Positions 12,636 to 24,800 of a stretch of 64,000 nucleotides of DNA are shown in pieces. The notes under the pieces were generated by a model that was not told the DNA's origin, did no database searches, and worked only from the letters and a program-made list of their open reading frames with translations. Source of the DNA: Macrostomum hystrix (lineage: Eukaryota; Animalia; Platyhelminthes); assembly GCA_950097015.1 (NCBI GenBank), contig CATNEN010000001.1:15624001-15688000 (forward strand), written 5' to 3'. A program made the position numbers and the translations under genes. Each line of letters starts with the position of its first letter. Within the stretch, counting starts at the first letter, position 1.

Positions 12636-14177
12636 TTGATCTACTGTACAGAACCTAACATGCTTGAAATACTACTCGTATTTAAACGTTAGTAGTGCAG
12701 CAAGTTAAATGTTCGGTTTGTATAATCGAATATTTAGTTTTGAGATATAAATTATTTACAATACATATCCTTACTGTTTTAATGATCAGTGAGAGCTGGA
12801 AAAAAATTTGTGTGCACATTCAGTTAAACAATTTACGAGTATATAGTGGAATCATCAAAATATTCTGAGCGTGTATACAATGCGATCTTCTGGTCGGCCA
12901 TGCATATTCCAGATGTCTGCAGTAAACCGCTCAATAGCCGAATAAAATTATTGATACTGCGGCAACTGCTTTAATTGAATTACATCTTGAATAGCTATGT
13001 ATTTAGGAGTATATAGAATAGGTTGAAATCGCATAATTGAGATGGTCCGTTTTCCGTCCGATTTGAGTCCGTAAAAAGGCGACGTGAATGTAAAATTTAA
13101 CAACACATGTATTTTGACCGCAGGCAATAAAAAGCTTTGTCTCAGAAGAAGCCAGTTACACTAAGCTTAATAAGAAGTCAGAATCAATTTTTTAGTTTCA
13201 AATTGCAGCTTAAAAACGTAAGAATGGCCTGAGCAAAGTTTTTGAAAGCGCATGCACTGCAAACTTTCACTTTGATCTGACGGGATCCTCAATTAATTAG
13301 CTATTATGTACGTGAGAATTCTCGATTAGATCAAAGAATTTCCAAAAACTATTCACAGTAAGACAATAAAATTCATTAGACAAGACAAAGTGAATATAAA
13401 CACTGATATGAAACTCGCCATCACTTTGTGGTTTATCTATAATATTAAGTGAAAGTCTATTTGATCAGCAATGTCAGTGTAGCTTAGTTAGGATATATTA
13501 TGAAGCTACAGGAATATTTTTACAAAAAAGAGTGTTATTTTAAAGCGCATAGTGTATATTTACTTTTATTTAGAAAAATACATATTTTTGCAACATATTA
13601 TAATGAATTGTACCATGTGAGGCTTAAATGTCTATATATTATATAGCTAGGTTACAATTCCTATTTTCTGCTCTAGATACTTCAAGTCTAACTTCTGTTT
13701 ATTCTGGGGCTTTCACAAGTGGCTATTTTATTGAAACAGTGAAAGAAAGAAACTGCATGCTATATAGCTATGATATGAGAACTAATTGTCATGAAAAAAT
13801 GTATTATTACTTATTACTATTAGCTGGTTTAGGTATGTGGCATGCAGTTTTGGTCATGCTTAGGCATTGAGAACAGCAAAGATCTGTCAGTTAACAGTGA
13901 GCAAGTCATGCTGATCATGCCTTTCATAATCTTGGATGGCAGCAGCATTCAGGCTAGCTCTTGTTGGCCAAGCACCAGATACAGTAGAAGTTCCAGTAAG
14001 CTCTCGTACATGCAGATCGAGAATCTTGCCATTCCTTAACCTGTTTGAAAAAGATAAGGTGGTTAAGAGAGTTGTTGGTTAGCTTGTTAGTTTTAGATGT
14101 ATTAAACAGAGCCGAAAAATAAATAACATAATAACATATATTATATATAGGCTAAGTAATTAATATAACTTATACCT

Positions 14178-14757
14178 ATCCGGCCAATTGTGCAGTATGG
14201 TCAACACCACAGCCACAGCTATTGTGCAGCATACGCTCGTATCTAAAGGCTGCACATGGCTGTTCAGTCCATGGACTTAGGGATGCCAGACCCACCTTCA
14301 GTTCCCCTAGTTAGTATTGGTACCCATTTTACAGCTGGGTTGTAGCTTGTAGCCAGCAGTTAGAGCGTCGGACTCGCATCTTGAAGCTTGATGGTTCGAT
14401 TCCTGACTCCTATTTCAATTTGTGTGTCTAAGAAAGGCACTTAACTCTGAATTGCTTCAGTTCACCTAGCTAGCTATTAAATGGATGGGTACCAGTATTA
14501 GCTGTGGTAACTTATGGTGGGTGTAGCCTCCCCCCAGTCCATGGACTGTTCTGGCTGTAGTCCATAGCCGTACGCAGTCTTCAGATGCGCTGCAAAATAG
14601 TTGCAGCTGTGCTGTCGGCTCCACATGTGGCCCAATAGAGACAGGTGTAATTAGTTATTGCATTATTATTACTTTTATAACTGGGTGAACTGAAGCAAAT
14701 AAGTTAAGCGTCTTGCCAAAGGGCATAAATTGTACTAGTAGAGTTGGGAATCAAACC
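14178..14757 (-). mobile_element. SINE family A copy split by a nested SINE
   Basis: 14178-14340 and 14681-14757 join into one copy colinear with 3030-3257. Confidence 0.7.
14341..14680 (+). mobile_element. Near full-length SINE family A
   Basis: A-box-like TAGCCAGCAG, B-box GGTTCGATTCC, CORE-like body and ATT-rich tail. Flanked by a duplicated CTGGGT. Confidence 0.75.
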
Positions 14758-15109
14758 CCCCACCCTAATTCCCCCTGCCTCATCTCTCCCATGTCTAATC
14801 CCTCCCCTTTCTCAGATTCCTACAGATAAAACGGCCGTCGTCTTTTAGGTTCTGTACGTGGCCCACAGGCTAATAAGTTTGCTGACCCCTAGCTGCTAAA
14901 TACCATTGAACCAGACCAAATAACTCATCTATACACTGGGATCACTGGCTATGGTAGGACCAAATACTAGATACCAGTACAAGTAACTTTACTTGCCTTA
15001 ACTTGCTGCTGTTTCAAGATCTACTACACCTCCATCTCCAAAGTTATCAGAGCTACTAATCAATGAAGAAAAGTGATTTGAACCAACCTTGTACATGGAT
15101 GCAAGTGAC

Positions 15110-15335
15110 TAATAATTGATTACACCAATCGGGCCAGATGTGCAGCCGACAGCACAGCCGCAGCTATTGCACGGCGCATCTGAAGACTGCGTACAGCTGT
15201 ACAGTCGTCCATGGTCTGGGGGGACGCCACACCCACTTTCAATTATCCCAGCGAATGCTGGTACCATTTAACAGCTGGTGAACTGAAGCAATGCAGAGTT
15301 AAATTAGTGTCTTGCTAAAGGACACAAATTGTCTC
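15110..15335 (-). mobile_element. SINE family A, partial
   Basis: High similarity to 3030-3230 (CGACAGCACAGCCGCAGCTA...GGGGGACGCC..AACTGAAGCA..CTTGCTAAAGGACACAAATTG). Confidence 0.8.
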
Positions 15336-15788
15336 ACATGAATGCAGCAGACCAAATAACACTAGCTAGTACCAACAGCTGTCAATAGCTAGTGAATGGC
15401 TATAATTTTTATGACACTTTAGGGTTTAGGGTCTGAAATTCAAAAGTAGTCTATGTTTAGTAAGCTTTTGAGTTCAAAAATGCATGCATTGCACCTTTTT
15501 AGACAAACTGAACCTGTACACATTTATAATCCAAACCAATGGCTCAAAAAGCTAGTAGCTATCAATTGTGGGTTAGGTTTCAAGTATTCACAAAAGGATC
15601 ATGATTAGTCAAGTACTTACAATGTGACCAGTTCTCAGATGCACTGATGTAAGGAAAGCAGTTGCTAGGCAGTACTGCCTTAAGCCAGTCAAGCTTTCAA
15701 GCCACCATTCCAGCTAGTGTGATAAGTACCTGTTCAATAATGTTGAATATGTTAATAGCTGAAAAACTTATTATTTTTAGCCATTTAA

Positions 15789-16430
15789 CTAGCAAGTTTT
15801 GCCCCCCTTCGGGGAGCAGAAATAATTAATATTCGTCTAATATAATATACCTTTTAGCAGGAGTACTTTAAGTGTCTTTCTTAAGCTTAAGCTTAAAATA
15901 GGAATTTTTGGAGATCGTTAATAACGCATTTTAGGTAAAACAAAACTATCAACTTTTTACAGTTTTTTAGTTTAGAGCCCTGTATATGTCAACGTGTTTG
16001 ATAAAAAATATTTTTTTTATTTAGTTTATAAAACTGTTGAGATCACTTTTTTAGTTGTTACTGAAAATAAATTAAATAATATTCCAAGAAATTGCGACTT
16101 TCCGAGAAATGACTTGCTTTATTCCGATTTTCTTGTTGCTTGTATTGCTCATGTGTACTACAGTTTTATACACATCCCGAGAAATTTTTTACTTTCTTCA
16201 TTTGTAAGTGAATTTCTTAGCCCTGCTCATCGTACTAACTGCGACTGCAATGTTCTGAACAATAAGTAGCTCAGCATTGCAACTATTGCCCTTGAATGAG
16301 GCCCCTCTTATTATAATAAATGACTTAAAGAGTCAGTTCAATGCAGCTATCTCATTGTGAATGGACTTTGCAAAAGCAACTGGAGCTACATCCTTCGACC
16401 TTTGGTTTGACACTTTTAATAAAGCTAACA
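15789..16430 (-). mobile_element. Helitron-like 3' terminal region (hairpin + CTAG|T)
   Basis: Minus strand reads ..GCTCCCC-GAA-GGGGGGC-AAAACTTG-CTAG|T. The same segment recurs at 30813-30836 + 41353-41974, and its end recurs at 53387-53455. No 5' end found. Confidence 0.7.
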
Positions 16431-17689
16431 TTGGCTATATATAGGCATTATATATGATATATATTATCATGCTAAATTCCCCCTTTCTTTTCTAGTCACA
16501 CTCCTCAGCAGACTTCTCTTTTCTTATATGCCTCATTCACATTGTCAAATCTTATTTTGAATCAAATCCTATATGACATAAAAGTATATTTCAAATTAGA
16601 TCCATTTTGATAGTTCAAAATGGTTAGCTCATATCAATGGCTTATTAAATATTAATGGATCAATTTCTAATCTCCTTTCTTTGTCTTAATGATTCCAATT
16701 CTGATCAGATCCTATTTCTCATCTGACCTCTTTTCTTAGTAATCCATTTTGTATCATTCTTCATTATAAATGCATGCCTGACAATTTATCTTTTAAAATA
16801 GAATAAGGCAGGTACCAGGTGTGCAGATTCATGAATCATGGGACTGGTCTTTGTCCACTGAAACATTTTTTGTATTTCTTCAATTGCAAAACACATTGAA
16901 AACAACAAAACAACAACAATTGAGTGAGCATCTGGCAAAATTATTATTATACAAATACATATCATTATGACATTATAAGAAAGCAAACTCCAAATGTAGA
17001 GAATTCAGTTCAATGAAAAAAGAAAAAATTGCATTGCACCTAAAAATATTACCCACAAACAGTAAACATGATGCACTTGCAGAAGGCTCCGCCAACAAGA
17101 CAGTATCATTGCACAGTTCATTGCATTTGACTGCAAGAATAATGGTGTCAATCCTACTGCTTGTTGGCTTGCTTTACTCTGCACTGCTGGTCAGAGGCAT
17201 TCACTGGGGCAAGTTAAGTTCACGCACTCAACGTCACACAAAAAGCTTAGCTATCACAAGTCTCTAGGTTTACTGAAGCTGCTTCAAACCTCTCTCTCAT
17301 GGCTGCATACCCTCAGTTTTAGAGTGGAAGAACCTCTGAATCGTGAAAAAGCAGCGAACACGTTATTTCAACCACAATCTCAAGGCCCATTGATATGCAG
17401 CCAACCTGCTATATATTCACCTAATATTTACCTACATTAATTTCACTATTACTTATTAACTTTCATGGCACAACTAAATTGGGATCCGATTGTATCCGAT
17501 CCTATTCTGGTTTGCCTTGATCCCAACTCGTAGCAGAAAATTTTCATTACCTTACGGACTAACTAACTCTTACTAATCATAATTCTGGTAAACAATGAAT
17601 CCAATTTTCCATTCTTCAATGATCCCATTCGTATCATGCCATGAGCCCAATTTCATTATGCGATAATTCCAATTCTGGTTTGCTATGAT

Positions 17690-18860
17690 CCCAATTTAGT
17701 ATGCAAGGATCCCAACTTAGTTATGCCAAATGATCCCAATTACGCTAAGCAATGATCTTAGTTCTGTTATGCAATGAACCCAATTAGGCTAAGCAATGAT
17801 CTCACTTCTGTTATGCCACAAACACAATTTAGCTAAGCAATGATCTCACTTCTGTTATGCCACAAACACAATTTAGCTAAGCAATGATTTAGGATTGATA
17901 TATAAGATTCTGTGAATTTAGGATTGGGATCTAAGAGATTCTATGAATTTAGGATTGGGATCTAAGAGATTCTCTGAATTTAGGATTGGGATCTAAGAGA
18001 TTCTCTGAATTTAAGATTGGGATCTAAGAGATTCTCTGTATTTAGCATTGGGATCTAAGAGATTCTGTGAATTTAGGATTGGGATCTAAGAGATTCAATG
18101 AATTTAGGATTGGGATATAAGAGATTCTTTGAATTTAGGATTGGGATCTAAGAGATTCTGTGAATTTAGGATTGGGATCTAAGAGATTCAATGAATTTAG
18201 GATTGGGATCTAAGAGATTCTATGAGATTAGGATTGGGATCTAAGAGATTCTATGAGATTAGGATTGGGATCTAAGAGATTCAATGAATTTAGGATTGGG
18301 ATATAAGAGATTCTATGAATTTAGGATTGGGATCTAAGAGATTCTGTGAATTTAGGATTGGGATATAAGAGATTCTATGAATTTAGGATTGGGATCTAAG
18401 AGATTCTAAGAATTTAGCATTGGGATCTAAGAGATTCTATGAATTTAGGATTGGGATCTAAGAGATTCTGTGAATTTAGGATTGGGATCTAAGAGATCCA
18501 ATGAATTTAGGATTGGGATATAAGAGATTCTATGAATTTAGGATTGGGATCTAAGAGATTCTGTGAATTTAGGATTGGGATCTAAAAGATCCCATGAATT
18601 TAGGATTGGGATATAAGAGATTCTATGAATTTAGGATTGGGATCTAAGAGATTCTGTGAATTTAGGATTGGGATCTAAGAGATTCTGTGAACCCAATGAA
18701 CAAGTAATGAACCCAATTTAGCTAGCAATGCTCTCAGTTCTGTAATGCCAAACCCAATTTTACTAAGCAATGATCTCAGTTCTGTTATGCAATGAACCCA
18801 ATTTCGCTAAGCAATGATCTCAGTTCTGTTATGCAATGAACACAATTTAGCTAATCATTT
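17690..18860. repeat. Composite minisatellite: ~26 x 31-bp core flanked by ~44-bp repeats
   Basis: Core GAATTTAGGATTGGGATCTAAGAGATTCTAT (~17885-18691). Flanks GCAATGATCTCAGTTCTGTTATGCAATGAACCCAATTTAGCTAA. Confidence 0.95.
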
Positions 18861-19080
18861 TGCTTAGCTAATCCCTGATCCCAATTCCATTATGATCCCA
18901 TCTAATTTTAATTTATTAGGTGAATAAAGCAGGGTTTACCTGATATGTCTCATCGGGCCGTATTATACATATCAGGTTAAACTACTTGTGATGGCTATCG
19001 AACTCAGATGCGCTACTGGCAGACAAAAATGAACTCAAGCATTACTCACGTTAATTGCATCTTTATTAGTCTTTCAAGTC

Positions 19081-20489
19081 CTACTCGTCCATGAAATCAT
19101 GTGATGGCCCAGGCTTCTCGGACACATTGGGAGCCTTAGGGGTTGACATAGCGGGGATCTGCTGACTTCTGTTGATATGATCTCGGGAAAATGTCACCTG
19201 TGAAATGAAATTTATATATGAATTTAATCAATTTTTTATATTCATATTACTCTTGAATGAATGAATAAACCTAATCTTTAGAGATAAGAGGCCTCATTGA
19301 ACAAGTTAATAATGAATCTAAGCAGTCAATCACTTATTGCTTCTTTAGTACGTTCTCTGACACCATGTTTCTATTTAACCCACACGTAATACTCGTAAAA
19401 TAAACTTACCTCTTTGTCCCCAAATCGCACTTTAATTCTTCGCACCTCAACGAATTGGTCGAACATTCACTCTGGGTACTGTAATACGATTTCGTCGTCA
19501 CGGTTAGCATATTTCTCCCGCTGGGAGCTTTGCGTCACGCGTAGCTCCTCGAAGCACTGTTGGCTAGAAAGCGCATCCTTGTACCACTGGGTAATGTCGG
19601 AGACATCAGCAGAGTCTTCTGGCCAATGCTGAATTTCCGCTTTCGAACATCCGAGACTGATTGTCTGGGAATATTCCTGGACTTGAGCACCATGAATCGC
19701 TAGAACGTCGCCCACAGACCAGTCATTCACTTGGGCAGTAGAGCTGGCCCAAAATGTGCACGACACGGAGGACCCAGACTGATCAACAAGCGTCACTTTC
19801 GCCAGGTTGACAAGTTTTCCGGAACCGGTTTTAACTTCCGTTGGTTTCTGGACAGCAGAAATCGTGCCATAGACGTTAACATTCCTGAGATATGTGAGGC
19901 AAAGGGTGAACTTACAAGAATGCATTAACTCATTCACTAAGCAACTTCACTGACTGATTTAAATAAGTTTCCCTAGAAATAATTGGCTAACCTAACATTT
20001 AGTGGGAATATATATTCCAAATCCTTTCCATTTTATTTTTAACAATTGCAACAAGTTAACTTACATTTTAATTTCACAGTCCGAAATCTCTTTTATCTTC
20101 TTATAGCTTGGTGCACGTCGAGTGACGGTCTCGAGGGTCCTCACAATGGTTCCACGTTGGTCAATTGAAACTGTTAGCTCGTGCTCATTGTCCGTAGTGC
20201 TGTATTTGGGATCCGCCTTCTTCACCCAGCCGCCGGATATGCGGACGGCGACGCCCTCACGACACACCTCCAGGAAAGGCTTAAGATCCTTTCCGAACAC
20301 GCTTACACGAATATCGCCGGTGTCGTCACAGAGGATAAAGGAAAACACTTGGCCTGGTCCTCTTTTGCCTTCAAAGTCCGTGATTTTGGACAGCCTCATT
20401 ACGAGGCCAACGATTGCAGCGTGCATGAGGCCCGGAAGCAGAGCAGAGATACACGCTTTGCTTTTCTTGGCTCCTTCGGTTGACTCCAT
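19081..20489 (-). CDS. RPA70-like ssDNA-binding protein (OB folds A+B only), 3 exons, one in-frame TGA (possible pseudogene)
   Basis: Exons 20489-20065, 19884-19410 and ~19197-19081, with phase-compatible GT-AG introns. Motifs GQVFSFILCDDTGDIRVSVF..KKADPKYSTTDNEHELT (DBD-A-like) and VNVYG..VTLVDQSGSSVSCTFW..VLAIHGAQVQEY (DBD-B-like). TGA at 19469-19467; AATAAA just after the final stop. Confidence 0.8.
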
Positions 20490-21537
20490 ATTGCTCGATT
20501 GATAGTTGCCAAAAATATGGATTATAAAAATTTCACTGATAAGGTCTTTACGGTTTGTGGTTTGATAGTTTTAGCATCAAGGCCAATTGTGCCAGTTTAT
20601 ATTGCAGCATTTCGTTTCGGACAACCCTAACTGTGATGACTCATGCCAATAGAGGGTGCCATGTAAAGATCAATTTAGATCTGGCTAACCAATCAGAGAG
20701 AGTTTTGTTCTAATCCACCCACTGGGCTACTTGTTGTGGATTGGCTGGTGATTGCCTTAGCTTTTACGTTCTTTCTTTATGTACACTGTGTGGGGCGTCA
20801 GAGTCGAGTGTGGTGCGACTTGTTATGCAATCTGTTTTCGACACACTTCAATAATAGGACACAAAAAAGATCTTAAATGTACACTGTAATTGGGAAGCCA
20901 GTGCGGCGTGTGGCTAACGTGGCTAAAATAGAGGGTTTCAAGTCAGCCAATAGCAGTAAACTTTGTATTCAACTAAAGTGATTTCATTAAACTGCCAGTG
21001 CAAGCCCCAACCTAGTGCGACTTTTCAGTAATCACAAACAGCTAAAGCCTCATGACGCTCACCAATGACGCCTCACACGATTTTAACTGGGGTTGGGGGT
21101 GGCCCTAAGCTGGTATTCATTTTTGCCTAAGCTGAAACGGGCTTTAAAAAAATGAAATGAGTTTCATTTCGTTAGCTAGGTTTTCAAACCAATCTCGCTA
21201 ATCCTTGCTTGACATGAGTGAGCGTATATAAACCAGAGTGAGCGTACGACACGCTCGTATAATTTCCACTGTATAGTTCCACTGTTTAACTCCACTGTTC
21301 CACAAATGAAGTTTACCCAGAACTTCTTTTCCGGCGGCGGCAGGCGGCGAGGAGGCCGCGGTGGTGGACACCCTAGAAAACCTAGTAAGTCTCATTTCTA
21401 AGTCTCATTACTGTAATTAAGTCTTTCGAAACCACCTGTTGAGTAAAATTGCACTTTCCAAACTTAACAGTGGCCTGTTATCTCTGCGGTGGAGGTCACC
21501 CTGTGGCCCGGTGTCCGGACCTGGCCGACATGCGGCT

Positions 21538-21570
<33 letters not shown>

Positions 21571-21590
21571 GCAGCAGCCCGCCGGCCCAA

Positions 21591-21688
21591 CAGGGTCGGG
21601 TGGCCCCCGGACGGGGGCCGCGGTCACGAGCATCGCCTCTTCGTGGCGACCCGGATGGTCGGGGCAACCCGGCCGCACCAAGATGCTC
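21591..21688 (+). ncRNA. HDV-like (nested double pseudoknot) self-cleaving ribozyme at the LINE 5' end
   Basis: P1 CAGGGTC/GACCCGG (1 mismatch); J1/2 hairpin; P2 GAGCATC/GATGCTC perfect; P3 GCC/GGC around L3 TCTTCGT; P4 TGGTCGGG-GCAA-CCCGGCCG; J4/2 CACCAA with a candidate catalytic C. Confidence 0.72.
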
Positions 21689-21817
21689 AACTCTAGGCAA
21701 CCAACCTACCCGGCACGCGCCCCAGGCGCGGCCGCGGAGCGGGTTGGACGTCAGCGACTTCAGTCTCGTTTTTGTTTTTGTTCTTTCACTCTGCTCGTCT
21801 TCTGCCTGGCCACCCCC

Positions 21818-21856
21818 CTGTTGCGTGCGGGGGACGTGGAAGTCAACCCTGGCCCC
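21818..21856 (+). other. 2A-like ribosomal skipping (StopGo) peptide
   Basis: LLRAGDVEVNPGP matches D(V/I)ExNPG|P. Confidence 0.88.
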
Positions 21857-24800
21857 CACCGGAAGGTTGTTACGCCTGTGGTCGGTCATTCAGGAGCGAC
21901 ATCGTGCCTCTCAAGTGCGCGGTGGAAAATTGCGCGCACCAGTGCCATAAGCAGGAGTCGTGCAGTGGCCTTCGCCGGTACCAGGACCATGGCACCTGGC
22001 GCTGTCAAGATCACCTGGCAGCAGGGACTACGGCGGACCGCCCGACGCCGGCCAACGCCGACAGAGAGCGACGGCCTGGGAACCCGGCGGTCTGCCGCAC
22101 CTGTGCTAGGGCCATCCGCCAAGGCACGCTCCCCCTCAAATGCGACCAAGATAATTGCGACGCCTGGTGTCATCGGACCACGGCGTGCAGTGGCATCCCG
22201 CGCTACAAGGGGTGCCCGCGCTGGCTGTGCCCCGAGCATGTGCCGGTGCCCACGGCAGCCTCCCTGGTCGGACGCCCCACTGGTGCCAACCAGAACGGCA
22301 ATCGCCAAGGCTCCCCGGCCGCGCCACGCTGTTGTGGGGGATGCGGCCGTCGGGTGGCGACCAACATCAACCCGATTCACTGCAGCATGTGCCAGGCTGC
22401 GTATCACAAGTCCTGCTCTGGTCTCCCGCGCAAGGCCGCCGAGTTTGCGCTGGCCCGCCAAGCCTGGCAGTGCGGCAAGTGCGTTATGGGGCCTGGTCAA
22501 GACACTGAGCCTGCGCCGGACGAGATGGCGCCCTGTATCCGCCTCTCCACCACTGACCGTATCAGCGCCCTCAACATTCTGCAGTGGAACGCTGACGGGC
22601 TCCTCGCCAAGGTACCGGAGCTGCTCGACCGCATCAACACATGCAGGGCTGATGTAGTGGCGATTCAGGAAACCAAGCTGCGCTCTCAAGATATTACGCC
22701 TCGTTTCCCGGGATATGCTGTTGTCCGGGCGGACCGTACCGAGGCGGATGGAGGTGGAGGCCTGCTCACGCTGGTGCACGAGCGCCTGGCCTTCAAGCAG
22801 GTCCCTTCCAAGCCTGCCAGCGCGATCGAGATGCTGCGGGTGCGCATTTACCTGGGCCCCAAGAAGACTCTGGACCTGGACAATGTGTACGCCCCGCCAA
22901 ACCGCAATGGTGGAGAGGATGTGGACGCTCTCTGGCAGACTATCCCGGCGGGGGCTGATGTCATCTGCGGCGACTTCAACGCTCATGCCCCCCTCTGGGA
23001 CACTGAGCAGCCCACGGATGCTAGAGGGGACGCTCTCATGGACTGGGCCACTGGCCGGGCGCTCGCGGTGCTCAACGACGGCGACCCGACCAGGGTCAAT
23101 CGCGGTACCGGTGGCCTCAGCTCCCCCGATGTCACGCTGTGCCGTGCAGACTGGCACGACAAGGCTGAATGGAGCGTGCAGGACGACCTTGGCTCGGATC
23201 ACCTCCCTATCTTTGTCCGGCTTCGCTGCGCCGCAGCCACTATCGCCCGTGCGCCCAGACGCGCGTGGCGCAAGAATGGAGTCAACTGGCAAGCTTTCAC
23301 GGAGGATGCCGAGAATCAGGTGGCTGACTTCAGGAGCTCGGGGGTCTCTCTGACACAGCGGGTGCAGCGCCTGACCAAGGCCATCATCGACGCCGCATAT
23401 CGGCATGTCGGGAAAACGACCTACAAACGCACAGCGCGGCCCTGGCTGTCACATCAGGCGCGTGCAGCCATCCGCCGCCGCAATCGCCTCCGCCGAGAGG
23501 TTGGCAGTCACCGAGAGGAATGGTTACAGGCGTCTGCCGAAGCAGCGCTCCTCATCAAAGAAGGCAAAGAACGTTGCTGGCAGGATTTTCTCGCGGATGC
23601 GGACTTGTGCCACGACGCCCCCAAGGCTTGGCGGCTCATCAGGAGCCTCAGCGGGACACCCGATGACAACCAAGCTAACGAAGCTCTGGTGCACCAGGGC
23701 AAGGTCTTCTGCGATAATCGTGCCAAGGCGGAGCTATTTGCTAAGCACTACGCAGCGGTCAACCGGCTGACGTTCAGCAAGGCCGATCGTGAGCTCAACC
23801 GTAGTGCCAAGGAGGCCACGCGCAACTGTGGCGGCGACGATGACAGCTGCAGCGACATCACCATGGTGGAACTTGAGGCGGCCATTGAACAACAGCGGGC
23901 TAATGGAGCCTGCGGCCCGGACGACTTCTCGCCACGCTTCTTCAAGGCCCTTGGACCTTTGGCAAGGCGCGAGCTGTTGGAAATCTTCAACCGTTCCTTC
24001 AAGACCGGGCAATGTGTGCAAGCCTGGAGGAGGGCGACCATCATCCCACTCCTCAAACGTGGCAAACCAGCGAGTGACATGGTATCCTTTCGCCCAGTCA
24101 GCTTGACCTCTTGCATGGTAAAGCTCTTGGAGCGCATCATCACAGCCCGGTTGTACTACATGGCCGAATCCCGGGGATGGCTGGCTCCGCAGCAGGCAGG
24201 CTTTCGGCGATTCCACAGTTGCGAAGATCAGGTGCTCAACGTGGTGCAGGGCATCAGCGATGGATTCCAAAGCTCCCCAATGCTGCGCTCCGTCATGGCT
24301 TTCCTGGACTACAGCAAGGCCTATGATAAAGTCTGGCGTGAGAGGCTACTGATCACTTTGATTGAGAAGGGCGTCCCAGGCACCTACGTCCGCTGGATTC
24401 ACTCCTTCCTGCAGAATCGCGAGGCCAGGGTGTGCCTCCAAGGCGAGGTCAGTCGGTTCCACAGGCTGCGCCAGGGGCTGCCACAGGGCTCGGTGATCGC
24501 CCCCTCCTCTTCATCCTGTTCCTCGATCCGGTCGTGCAGACCATCCCACCAGAGGTTCGTGTCTCCTTGTACGCCGACGACATTGCCGTCCGCAGCCAGC
24601 ACCACGCTAAAATCACGGTGGCGGCCCAGGTTCAGGAAGCCGTCACCCGCATTGCCGATTGGAGCGCCAGCCGCAAGATGGTGCTCAACCCCACTAAAAG
24701 CGAGTGCGCCTTCTTCTCCACGGACACGCACGAGGCTGCCTGGCAGCCCTCTATCACCCTGAACGGGGAGAACATGCCTTTCAACGACAGCCCGCGGTTC

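Noticed and set aside
15418-15432. TTTAGGG x2 telomere-like motif
   Set aside because: Only two units; expected by chance.
17885-18691. Regular 31-bp repeats resembling a CRISPR array (also 6625-6805 and 51420-52680)
   Set aside because: Contiguous tandem units with no unique spacers, no cas genes, and a eukaryotic context.
20800-21000. L2/CR1 remnant (minus-strand HWLP-like motif)
   Set aside because: Too short and decayed to support without alignment.
21886-23406. 506-aa antisense ORF and similar shadow ORFs over the LINE/BEL genes
   Set aside because: By-product of GC-rich codon usage on the opposite strand; no motifs.
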